Source: Amoebidium appalachense (lineage: Eukaryota > Protista > Ichthyosporea). From it: DNA of 64,000 nt. Where the stretch lies: assembly GCA_963693365.1 (NCBI GenBank), contig CAVNZM010000016.1, forward strand, positions 3,127,957 to 3,191,956, given 5' to 3'. The position numbers were made by a program, and so were the translations under genes. Shown piece by piece: positions 1 through 12,465 of this stretch (within the stretch, counting starts at the first letter, position 1; each line of letters opens with the position of its first letter). The notes beneath the pieces are model-generated. The model saw nothing but the letters and a program-made list of their open reading frames with translations. It was not told the origin of the DNA and did no database searches.

Positions 1-329
1 CCCCCCTCTCCTCTCCTCCAACAACGTACACACACACACACAAACACACGTGGCACCCGTCTATCTTTTCATCCTTCACATTATCACCAAATGCACACAC
101 AGGATCCTGCCCCCCCCCCCCCCCCCTCCCCTTCCCCCCGGAAGTGCCCCAATTGCAGCCCCACCCCCCTCCCCCTTCCCCCCGGAAGGCCCCAATTGCA
201 GTCCAACCCTTGTGCATATACTTCGCTGGTTGCTTTAGTCACAAAACACCCCAGTTGTCTCTCTCATGTGTCAGTATGCATGCACACGCTCACACATTGC
301 TATATTAGTGAGTGCCTAGGTCAGGCATC

Positions 330-390
<61 letters not shown>

Positions 391-589
391 CCCACCCCTT
401 TTCCCCCTCTTCCCCCCAGGTACACCCTTTCTTTGTGTGTGATCGTTTTTAAACACCTGCATCTACGGTCACCCATCGTGCATGTGTTGTATGTAGGTCG
501 CTAAGCCCTCCCTCCCCCCGCCCCTCCCCCCCTTCCCCCCCCCCACCCCCTTTCCCCCTCAGCACACTGACACACAGTCACACGCACAG

Positions 590-1402
590 GGGGTGACTGA
601 GTGTGAGCCGACCATGACTGTGCGCACTCTTGCCCGTGTGCACAATGCCCTGGACGATGTGTTTGACCCCGACAGGCCCCTGGCTGGCGAGGAGGATGAC
701 GAGGATGATGAGGACGGCATGGGCCTGCCTGCCCCGGTACGTGCCTGTTTGTGTGTGTGGGTGCGTGCGTGCGTGTATGTGTGTATGTGTGTGTGTGTGT
801 TGCGTCCCTGCCTGCCTGCACTGTAGGTACGTGTCGGTCTCTCTCTCTGTGTGTGGGTGCATTAGCTGTGTCCCTACCTGCCCCCGTACGTGCCTGTGTG
901 TGTGTGTGTGTGTGTGTACTGTGTAGCTGCCTGTCCCGTACGTGCCTGTGCGTGTGTGTGTTTGCTGTGTGTCCCTGGCCAGTGTCTCGGTGTGTTTGTT
1001 GTTGTGTCCCTGCCTGCCCCGACACATGTGTTGTTTTGTCCCTGTATGCCCCCGTGCATGTCTTTCTGTGTCGAGCAGGGATTGGGAGCAAAGTCAGTGT
1101 TGAAGGTTTGAGGGTTGTTTCATGGGTGTGTGTGTGTGCATATAGTGTGGGTTCTAGGAATCGGTACTAACTACATCTACTACATGCACACGTGCACATA
1201 CACACACAAAACAGGACATGTTCACGCAGGGTGCGCAGGCCAACATCATGAGCATGAACTTCTTTGCCCCACCCCCTGTCCGTGACAGCGCCTCAGGCCC
1301 TGAGCCCCTCAACGCAAAAGAAAACAACCCCCCTGCCCACAAGCCAGCACCAACGTACTGACCCCCCTTCTCCCCCCCCCCCCCCCCAAAAAAAAAAAAG
1401 GA

Positions 1403-1447
<45 letters not shown>

Positions 1448-1646
1448 CTCCCGGTCCCAACCGAACCCAAATCAACCCGAGTTAGGAAAGTACAGAGCCA
1501 CGCCGAGTAGATTCACCAGACCACACCACCCAGACATGACCATCTACCCTTTGCCAAACAATTATGCCCCATCCATGTCCTTCCATTGTCATAAGCCAGC
1601 CAAATAGCCTTTTAAGCAAGCATGGTGCATGCGTATATCTGACTCG

Positions 1647-1678
<32 letters not shown>

Positions 1679-2799
1679 TTCCCACAATGCACAGGGAGGC
1701 ACCTCTCTACACGGTCGAGCCCGTCATGCCTCGTGCACCCCTGCAGGAGGCTGTGGTAAGCACCTCCCCGTTCATACCCCACCTGCACGGACACAGCACA
1801 TCTGCACGTGAAGCCATATGTGCTCGGTGTGCACATGCATTGTGGGCATTGCGCTGGGTGTGGTGCCTTTTTGTGTTGTTGTGGTTGCTAACATGATTCC
1901 ACCATGCAGGTCACACCAATGGGTGATCCAGGTGCCTACGAGGTCATGCCTGATGATGACCCTGCTCCCATCGGGTAAACTACCCAACCCACCCACCCAC
2001 CCACCCACCCACCCCCCCCCCCGAGGATACCCGAGGCACGGAGGATAAAGCACTGCAATCCTCCATAAATACACAATGGAAGATAAAGCACTGCAATCCT
2101 CCATAAATACACAATGGAAGATAAAGCACTGCAATCCTCCATAAATACACAATGGAAGATAAAGCACTGCAATCCTCCGTAAATACACAATGGAAGATAA
2201 AGCACTGCAATCCTCCATAAATACACAATGGAGGATAAAGCACTGCAATCCTCCATAAATACACAATGGAAGATAAAGCACTGCAATCCTCCATAAATAC
2301 ACAATGGAAGATAAAGCACTGCAATCCTCCATAAATACACAATGCACACATTCCGTGCCCAAGCCTGCATGCACCTGCACGTTCCATGTGTGTGCCCATA
2401 CACTCACGTGTCTGTGCATTAACCGGCCATATATCCTACTTAGGGGGGCACCCACCAGCCAAGATGATGCCTTTGAGATCTACTGCGACCCGACCGTCAC
2501 GGCCCACGTGCTGGTTGGCCCGGCCCGGCCCGTTTTGGGCCAGGCACGGGCCGGGGCAGGAGGCATGCAGCGGGGAGGTTACGACAGTATGGAGGACCAG
2601 GAGAACAGACCCATGGGCCTGAAAACACCATCCGTGCCACCCATGGACAGGTATGTTGGGGGGGGGTAATGTGAATGGGGGGGGTCTAATGTGGGTGTCT
2701 TGGGTTGCAGGGCTGCTGAGGAGAAGAAGAAACTCAGCCCCATCCAGGAGGCACTGACAGAACACAGCAACAGATCCCTGCACGGTATGGGGGTGCGAG

Positions 2800-2869
<70 letters not shown>

Positions 2870-2927
2870 GCTGACCTTGTATGTGGTTGTGTGTGTGTGT
2901 GTGTGAATGGCTGACCTTGTATGTGGT

Positions 2928-2958
<31 letters not shown>

Positions 2959-3426
2959 TGCTGACCCTTTGTGTGTGCAGAGGTGTCTGGTGCCCCCGTG
3001 GTGGTGCCCTTCGGCACTGGCGACTCCCTGGCTCTGGCTACCTGGGAGAGGTCAGTTTAGCCGCCCCCTCCCCCTCCCTCCCCCCTCCCCCCCTTCCCCT
3101 CTTCCCCTCTTCCCCTCTTCCCCTCTTCCCCTCTTCCCCCTGTTGCATGTCTCAGCAGACTTGTGTGTCTTTGTGGGTACATGGGGGTGAGAGATGTGTG
3201 GTTGGGCTGGTTGCGAGGATGGGGGAGTGTGGGTTAATATGCCGGCGATAGTGCCAAGCAGACACACTGACGGTGTGCACATCCCCACGCACAGGCACGC
3301 GGACCTAGCGGGGCTGATGCTTGAGGATGAGAGCTACTGGGCCCTGCCCACACCGTGCCCCGGCATTGCTGCTGGCAATAACGGCAATGTCAGCCTGGTC
3401 CAGCTAGGTATGTGATTGTGCACCAA

Positions 3427-3461
<35 letters not shown>

Positions 3462-5508
3462 GTGACCGTATGCCAATGGGGAGGTTGCACGTGAGCGTGG
3501 GCCAAAGGGGGGGAGGGGGGTGCACGTGACCAATGCACGGAGATTACAACTTGGGTCCAAGTTCATTAATCCTTGCCCCCTTTTCCCTGCCTCTCCCTCC
3601 CACATACACACAAACCCACATTTACCTACACGTAACATACTGCAGAGGCCAACGATTCTTTACACTGTAGACACACTTCTTAATATTATATTGGCAATGT
3701 ATCATATGTGGTGCCTGTAGCATGTGTGCAGTGTTGTGTTGTGTGCACGTGACTTAAGTGTGAACTGATTGGTTGCTTTTGGGTGTGCAGGGGAGCTTGA
3801 GCTTGCGATCGACCGGGAGATGGCGGCAGAAAGGGCAGGGCTGAGATGCTACCAGGTGTCTACCATGGACGGGGAGGATGGCGAGGACTTTGACCCTACA
3901 CCCTTTGTGCTCAAGGTGTGTGTGTATGTGTGTGTGTTTGAGGGGGGGGGGGGGGGGGGGGGTAAGGGTTTGATGGGGGGAGGGGGAGGGGGGCGGCGGT
4001 GGTGGTGGTGGTGGTGGGGGGGGGAGCAGGAAGTGATGGTGGTGGGGGGGATGTGGTGGTGGTGGAGGCTGGGTAGGCAAGGCGGTGTGTACGACGGAAG
4101 GAGAGAGGTGTGTGGTGGAAGTGATCGTATGTACAAGAGGAGAGAGATTGTCGGGTAGGTGTGATGGTGTGTGCTAACGGGAGAGACAATGAAGGTTAGA
4201 TGTGATGGTATGTGCTAAGGGGATGGCGAATGTTGATTAGGTGTAATGGTGTATGTAAGGGGAGAGGTGTGAGGTAAGCGAGGCATTGGTGAAAGAGGAG
4301 AGACGGGATGTGTAATTTTTGCTGACATTTTGAGGCAGGTGACGTCCACGCCGTGCCCGTGGGAGTACCGCATGGTCAACACGTACAAGGCCAGGCTGGA
4401 CCACTCGGGCCTGGGCCTGAAGGACTTTATGAAGCAGGTCCGTGCACGTGCTCACACTGAGAGGGGGGGAGGGGGGGGGGGGGAGGGCTCTAACACGTAG
4501 GGGGGGGTATGTGCAGGCCGGGCAGATGTCAGTGGTGGAGGCCTACTATGCTTTTGTCTACGAGGACGCATGCGCCACCATCCTGGACTACCCGTCACAC
4601 GGCACCCTGCAGGTGTGTGTGTGTGTGTGTGTGTGTTTGCGCGCTGGTTGATGTGTGGTGTGTGTGTTCGCTAGTTTATGTTTGGTGTGTGTATGCATGT
4701 GTGCCTGCATGTGTACACATGTCTGCTTTTGTGACGTGCGTGTGTGTGTTTGTGTGTGTGTGTGTGTGTGCACGTGTCCTTTGCTGCATGCTGACCCATT
4801 TTGGGCTATCAACAGGAGCTAGGGAGCAAGTATGGTGCCGGTGGCAGCTGTGGGCTGCAGGTTGAGCTAGTGGCCTATGTGGCTGTGGCCCTGCTCAGGG
4901 CCATCGAGGCACTCAGGCACTGCCAGCTCATCCACACAAACATCACTCCGGATACCGTCTACATCCTGGTGCCCCCGTACGTGCTTGCACCTGTGTGTGT
5001 GTGTGTGTCTGTGTGTGTGTGTGTGTGTGTGTGCGTGTGTGTGTGTGTGTGTGTGCATGCGTGTGTGTATGTGTGAGCGTGCGTGCGTGCGCGTGTTCGT
5101 GGGTTGGTTGCGTTCTGGAAACATGTCGTTGTTGTTGCTCTACAATGCTGACCGTAGCGAGAAAAAGGAGAAAAAGGCTAATGTGGGGCACATGTTAACG
5201 ACCAAAGTTCATAGAGTCATATGGTTCGGTGTATTACCATTTACGGTAGCAAACAAAGCTCTACTCCTTTATGCGTGGTTTGCGCTCTGCATTGCGTTGT
5301 CCCATATGAATGTGTGCTTTGCACTTATGGCACATTCTGAACCTCCTGGTGTGTTTTGTCGCATATTTGAACGTTTGCCTTTGCATGTGTCTTGCACCGT
5401 TTTCTCCTGTGTAGTTGCACCTCGTCATTCCATACCCCTCCCCCTCCCCCCCCCCCCCCCCCCAAAAAAAACTCCGTCCCCTCCTGCGTTTGCCGGTCAC
5501 GTCGCATT

Positions 5509-5575
<67 letters not shown>

Positions 5576-6865
5576 ACACACACACACAGTGCCGAGGAGT
5601 GCAACGTGGACTGTGTGTTTGAGAGCAGTGGAGGCGACTGGCACCTGTGGGGGGTGCAGCTTGCCGGGCTGGGGCAGGGCATCGACACCACCCTACACCC
5701 CGTGGGCACTAGGTTCACTGGATGCCCAATCAGCACACAGCAGGAGGGCATGCAGATGAGGTGGAACGAGCCATGGGCATATGAGGTAGGTAGGGGTGGG
5801 AGTGGTGGTGGTGTGTGGGGGGGGGGTTAGAGAGGGGGAGGGGGGGGGGGGGTACGGGTGGTGGGTGGAGGTGCTTCTTCAAGGAGGGAGCGGGTGTCGG
5901 TGTGTGAGTGTCGTCTGGCAGGCAGGTGTATTTGCATGTGCTACTGTATGGGTGTGATGGCTTGGCCCTGCATGCACGTGCACCTTGACGACTGGTTGCA
6001 GAGGAGCCCAGAGGTAGTAGGAGAGGTGGGGGGGGGATGATATGAAGCGTTATGCCAACCCTGTGTGCACGTGCAGGCGGACACGCTGTGTGTACTGGAC
6101 TGTGTGCACACCATGCTGCTGGGCAGGCAAATGCAGCTCACACGCACAGCATCTGGCCAGTGGGCGGTGGACTCGGACTTCTCAGGGTATGCCATGCCTT
6201 ACTACCCTCCCTCCCTCCCCCTGCCCCCCAAAGGTGCACAATTGAGACAGAAAGATGTTCTTATATTAAAGATGTTCTAACAGAGGAAAAGAGACAGAGA
6301 AGCACCCCAACCTCAGCCACCCAAACCCGGCTGCCCAAACATCCCGTACTTACCATACCCAAGCTCGGGTTCGTTCTCAAAAACAGACACAGGCACGCCA
6401 CAGCACAGCAAAAAGTCAGGGCTCGAAGCACCACACATATGCACAGAGAGGAATTTTTTGTGGGGGAGGGGGAGGGGGGGGGATGGGGGCGCGGGGAGGC
6501 GGGCCTGATCGCTGGCGAGCAGGTTTGCAGTGGGGATGCGAGGGAGTAGGCTTTAGGCATCACACATTTACATATGCAGAGAAAGGGGAGTGACTGTGTG
6601 TGGACCGGTGGCTGATGGTATTGGTGCAGGGTTGCAGGGGGGGATGTGTGGGGGCACGTGTTCTCGGTGCTGTGTGGGGATGACGGCACAAGCACGGCAC
6701 CACTGGACACTGCTAGACATGCCCTGGAGTCTTTCCTGGCTGCTAGCCCTAACACAGCGTACGTGCACACATTTCCCTACACAAAGAGAGATACACAGAG
6801 ACACACACACACACACACACATAGACACACACAGAATGTGGGGAGGGGAAGGGGGGGGGGGGAGA

Positions 6866-6958
<93 letters not shown>

Positions 6959-7336
6959 CTGTGTCCTTGAAGAAACTGACCACCTTGTGGCACCCATGCT
7001 TCGGCTGCTCAAATGCGGGTGTATATGTCATGAATGTGTGTTTATTGAATTGAGCATCAGCATGAACCGTGTTGTGTGCATGTTTGAAAATGTGGGTGTG
7101 ACATGCAGTGTGGGGGCGAGAGGGGGGGGGGGGGGGGGGGTGTTGCAGCTAAGCGTGTGGGAATAACTGCGACAGCATCCGTCTACCAATGCCCCTCATT
7201 AGCGTCCCCCCCTCCCCCAACCACCACCATCACCAACAACTGATCTCTCTCCATCCATCTTCACTTCATGCTGATGCTAAATTATTCGACTTGCAGGGGA
7301 GTGCGGCTCATGTTGGCTGACAACCTGGCGGTGTGA
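590..7336 (+). CDS. Bub1/BubR1 (MadBub) family spindle-assembly-checkpoint protein, 5'-partial, multi-exon, with C-terminal pseudokinase domain
   Basis: Exons approx. 590-736, 1215-1354, (1486-1632?), 1695-1755, 1910-1974, 2443-2649, 2711-2783, 2981-3050, 3295-3407, 3791-3915, 4339-4437, 4517-4612, 4815-4976, 5590-5786, 6077-6186, 6630-6758, 7297-7336 (TGA). Motifs: CD1-like TQGAQANIMSMNFFAPPL, ABBA FEIYCD (2472-2489), KARD KKLSPIQE (LSPIQE 2733-2750). Bub1-type kinase blocks: FVLK-VTSTPCPWEY, DYPSHGTL, IHTNITPDT, GLGQGIDTTLHPVGTRFT, PWAYEAD, MWGHVFSVL. The TPR/GLEBS N-terminus would lie upstream of the window. BUB1 versus BUB1B orthology cannot be settled here. Confidence 0.9.
2043..2344. 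repeat. Intronic minisatellite, 38-bp unit x about 8
   Basis: Unit GATAAAGCACTGCAATCCTCCATAAATACACAATGGAA repeated head-to-tail, nearly identical, no spacers. Confidence 0.95.
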
Positions 7337-8009
7337 CGTACCGTTTGGGAAATATTTACAGCAACATGGGGGTATTTATGTACATATATATGTGAGCCAA
7401 ACCAAACACCTGCAGTGTTTTTCAGTGCTGGCAGGTTGTAGTGATAATCTTTGATAATTTTGCTCTTTTCAGAATGACCAAGTGATAAAGCAATATGGCA
7501 GCAGCGGAGTTGTAGGGCCAGGTGCCTGTATACTGTGTGCATGGTAACGACTAGACCGGTATTTCTCCATATTCACTTCATATGCCAAATGTCCTTAAAA
7601 AGGAGATATTCGTATATAGACAAAGCCAAGAAGTGCTCTAGACGTAGGCAATGCCAATAAATTGACCTTGTTGATGGGAATCCGCGGTATTCCGGTGTAA
7701 ACCTTTACAGACCAGAGGCGATTTTCCTTTTAGACCCCCCTCCACCCCCCTACACACACACACACACAAACCATCACCGTATACAAATGTATTACAAAAC
7801 AGATTCCGTGGCACGGAGAAAAGGGGCGTCCATATCAAAAAGAAGGAATGGGGAGGGGGGACCGCACAAGGCACGTATACACACACACTACCTTGCACAC
7901 TACACACCCGTACACACATAATAACAACTTGGCACAGGCATGTATGTGTACACACTCACACACACTACACACCCACACCCGTATACACACACGCACAGCA
8001 TATGTTGCA

Positions 8010-8400
8010 AAGAAAACCCAGAACAGCATCATCGTATCACACTGCAGTACGGGACCTTGGCTCACTCCGACTGCCGAATTGACCAAAACAGGCACGTTCA
8101 CCACCAACAGACCCTGCCAGCTGAAAAATATACGCATGGGTGGGCCGATTCGGAAAGATGGCGCACAATAAGGATGGTGTGTTGCAATAAGTGTACGTGC
8201 ATGCACGCTGCACCCATTCCCCTCCTTGCACGGGCATGCCTGCCCCCCCCTGTCATGCGCCAGGCCCCACGGTGCCGGTCACAGGCTCGACCTCTGCCCC
8301 CAGCAGCAGAGGGCTGATCTCGTCGGCACACACCCGGCCCATCTGAACACGTGTGGTTTAGTTTACTGGTACTAGGCGCAATCAACACGTAGTACATACA
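8010..8400 (-). pseudogene. Orphan inverted duplicate of the last exon, 3' UTR and intron end of the NIPA transporter gene
   Basis: The reverse complement aligns with about 57860-58225. It keeps the acceptor TGTTCAG and reads MGRVCADEISPLLLGAEVEPVTGTVGPGA* versus MGRVCANETSPLLLGAEVDPVPGTVGPGA* in the parent. No upstream NIPA exons are seen beyond about 8460. Confidence 0.85.
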
Positions 8401-8598
8401 GTGGAGGCATGCATATATATATATATATGAATAAACATGTTGCACACGGTGCATGGGTTTAGAAGTTTCAAGGTGGCCACAATGTATAAGGTTGAGGCAG
8501 AGTTTTTTGTTGTTTACTATCACCCTGCTGCTCAGCAGCAAGAAACCTATCATACAAAAGATGCATGGAGTCATTTATTTCTGTGGCATAATGATTAG

Positions 8599-8806
8599 CC
8601 CCCCCCCCCCCCCCCCCCCCCCCCCCCCTTCCCCCAATGGCCAGGCTGCTTCACCCACCCCACTTGCATTTCACCTCGCGCAATAACGTTGGAACCTGTA
8701 CCGTTACTACCCAGTTTTTTGTTGTTTCCTACCAGGTGCTATGCTGAGGTAGGCAGCTATGCACAAACAAATGCATCATGTTAGTTATCCGTGTGGCAAA
8801 ATGATG

Positions 8807-8850
<44 letters not shown>

Positions 8851-9031
8851 ACCCACCCACCCACCCACCCCAGCCTGCCCCAATCCGCTTGTATTTCGAC
8901 TCGCGCAATACCTTTGAAACCTGCACCATTACAACCCAGTTTTTCGTTGTTTCCTACCAGGTGCTATGCCCAGATAGGTAGCTATGCCCAAAAAAAATGC
9001 ATGACCTCAGCTACCGGCGTGGCAAATTGAA

Positions 9032-9072
<41 letters not shown>

Positions 9073-9238
9073 CTAGGCTGCTTCACCCACCCCACTTGCA
9101 TTTCACCTCGCGCAATAACGTTGGAACCTGTACCGTTACTACCCAGTTTTTTGTTGTTTCCTACCAGGTGCTATGCTGAGGTAGGCAGCTATGCACAAAC
9201 AAATGCATCATGTTAGTTATCCGTGTGGCAAAATGATG

Positions 9239-9280
<42 letters not shown>

Positions 9281-9610
9281 TTCCCCCCCACCCACCCACC
9301 AACCCACCCACCCACCCCAGCCTGCCCCAATCCGCTTGTATTTCGACTCGCGCAATAACTTTGAAACCTGCACCATTACAACCCAGTTTTTCGTTGTTTC
9401 CTACCAGGTGCTATACCCAGATAGGTAGCTAGCCCAAAAAAAATGCATGACCTCAGCTACCGGCGTGGCAAATTGAATGCCCCCCCCCCCCCCCCCCCCC
9501 CCCCCCTCCCTCCCTGCCCAGCTTGCCCCAACCTGCTTGTATTTTGATTCGCGCAATAACTTTGGAACCTGCACCGTCACTACCCAGTTTTTCGTTGTTT
9601 CCTACCAGGA
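8599..9610. repeat. Higher-order tandem repeat: about 432-bp dimer unit, about 2.5 copies, with poly-C spacers
   Basis: 8636-9030 is near-identical to 9068-9480. The core CGCGCAATA...GAACCTG...ACCCAGTTTT...TTCCTACCAGG recurs five times (about 8676, 8901, 9108, 9348, 9550). Confidence 0.9.
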
Positions 9611-9626
9611 GCAATAATCAATGCAC

Positions 9627-9664
<38 letters not shown>

Positions 9665-9744
9665 ACCTTTCCCGAGTCACCTATTCATTCGTTGCTTCTG
9701 CGATTCTACACTTCTGCCAAAAATTTCCAACCTTATTTCTCCGA

Positions 9745-9782
<38 letters not shown>

Positions 9783-9806
9783 CTCACCCCATTTTTTACA
9801 GCTTTT

Positions 9807-9858
<52 letters not shown>

Positions 9859-9871
9859 ACCCACCCACCCA

Positions 9872-9916
<45 letters not shown>

Positions 9917-9941
9917 CCCACCCACACACACACACACACAC

Positions 9942-10296
<355 letters not shown>

Positions 10297-10649
10297 GCGC
10301 ACTGATGGTTGATCCATCATGCGACTTCTGTTCATTCGAGTGATCAAGTACAGAGCGAATACAGAGCGGATCTGTATGTAAGCGAGCACGCGAACGGCGC
10401 GAGTTTACAGTAGTGGTTGTTGTGCTTTGTCTTGGATATCTTGTTGCTAATTGCTTGTTGTCCTGTTTCTTTGGTTCTAGCCAATGGCTGGCGCCGTGTA
10501 GTAGCCTGTAGTAGATGAAGGGGTCACGGTGTCATACATCTCTACGTGTATGAACGTATCACCATGTGGTCCATGCCATGCTTCCGGATAGGCAAATAAA
10601 GTGCAATGGATTCGGCGTGTATACATAGTCACCTCATATAATAGCCTCC

Positions 10650-10680
<31 letters not shown>

Positions 10681-10775
10681 ACAGACATTAACACATACCA
10701 CCTGTTACCACCCCTGCACACAACCGAGGCTCATAGAACTTCGACCTCTCCAAAATGCCCCCCCCCCCCCCTCCC

Positions 10776-10806
<31 letters not shown>

Positions 10807-10879
10807 ACCAAAAAAAAAAAACCAAAAAAAAACCAAAAACAAAAACACACTGCAATTATAAAAAGCACCACCATGTTCA

Positions 10880-11420
10880 GAGTTTTACATTGAGTATTGC
10901 TTTGGCAACTCTGGTCCCTCCATGTACTATTTTATTTCGTGCCACGGTGACGCTGAGAAAAATGGCCCGGCCCAGGGTCCCAGGTGTGTGTGCGTGCGTG
11001 TGTGTGTGCGTGTGTATGTGAGTGTGTGTGCGTGCGTACTGTGTGTGTGTAAGGCACTTTAACGAATTTTTTGAGGCAAATTTACAATTACCAAGTAAAA
11101 TTGTATAACGTTAATGGAGAATCATCCATCATGGGCCTGGTTGTGCTGAAGGGTTACTGGGCATTCTTTGATAGGAAAAATGTACGTATTGGGTTTGTGC
11201 GGGCTGCAGCCTCTTGTAGTTCCATGATTGCTAAGAACGTAGATGGTTTGGGTGGCATTTGCACTAGCTGGTGGGGTGAGCTCGAAAAGTAAACACATGA
11301 CTATTCGTGCATAATTGTATTCTTTGATCTAGACATATTAATGCTAATTCCTATGGTGCACTTGGGAGCGGAACCTTAAATTTTTTGACAACTCTTCTAG
11401 AAAGTACAAATGCCATGTGA
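10880..11420 (+). pseudogene. Pepsin/BACE-like (A1) aspartic protease, C-terminal fragment
   Basis: 11120-11220 reads SSIMGLVVLKGYWAFFDRKNVRIGFVRAAASC, matching the A1 C-terminal signature (I/M)G..(L)..yy.vFD....RIGF. Possible flanking exons at 10880-10984 and 11333-11420. No DTG/DSG catalytic exons were found nearby. Confidence 0.55.
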
Positions 11421-11737
11421 ACACTAGTGGAATATGTCTCTACCACGGTATCTCTTTTGCAATGAGCTGCAGAATAAACATCCCCCGTGACAGAACTTTT
11501 TTGGAGATAGCAAACCTATTCGTGCACCAACCTGGTGGGCGAATTCAAAGTCAGTAGACCGTAAATGAGGGGAATTATGCATAACACCTGCACGTAGGCA
11601 AATGCATCACAAAAAATGCTTAAGGGTGCACTGAGTTTATGATGGCAGACACAAATGTGCCGCCCGCTTGCACCAACCCTTGGACTTCTACTGTCCGGCT
11701 TATCTCACTTGAGTTTACCCCCGTCCGAACACAAGCA

Positions 11738-11775
<38 letters not shown>

Positions 11776-12258
11776 TCCCCCCCCCCTCCTTGTTGCCGTC
11801 GCCCACTCATGGGTTGTTGATGTTGCATCGTTACATCTTTGCTTTTGCGTGATACCATTATGGGTCTGTGTCTTGCACCGTGTTTACAATCTTTGAATTT
11901 AGTTTTACTTGGCGCCGTTTTCCACATTCTACTGGTACACTATCCCCCCCCCCCCCCCCCCCCTCCTCTATTCTCATTACCTCCCACCCCACCCTACCAC
12001 TAGTTGGCTCATATCATTCCATCCCAACCCTCCAATCCCCCCCCCCCCCCCCCCCCCCCTCTCCCCGCGCCCCTCCCGTTGTAGATTGTGGTGGTTCTGG
12101 TTGTGGGACCCAAACGATACCTGTATACCCCTTCGTCACATCCCCTCCCCCCGCATTGATTTCGTCCTATCTGCCCCAATCCCTCTTTGGAATTAACAAG
12201 TTCTGTTATGACTATATTGCTGTATTAACACACACACCACCCCCTCTCCCCCCCCTCC

Positions 12259-12289
<31 letters not shown>

Positions 12290-12301
12290 AAAAAAAAAAA
12301 A

Positions 12302-12333
<32 letters not shown>

Positions 12334-12342
12334 AAAGGAAAG

Positions 12343-12381
<39 letters not shown>

Positions 12382-12428
12382 CGAAAGAAAGAAATAAAGA
12401 AGAAACCTCCACATGGAGCTGGACCAAG

Positions 12429-12465
<37 letters not shown>

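Noticed and set aside
2043-2344. CRISPR-like appearance of the 38-, 22- and 33-bp arrays and of the palindrome array at 14.9-15.4 kb
   Set aside because: Units are contiguous with no unique spacers, there are no cas genes, and the context is eukaryotic introns or a TIR element.
10477-10620. Minus-strand peptide ending TGYYTAPAIG as an aspartic-protease N-terminus
   Set aside because: Opposite strand to the C-terminal fragment, stops immediately, and no DTG motif follows.
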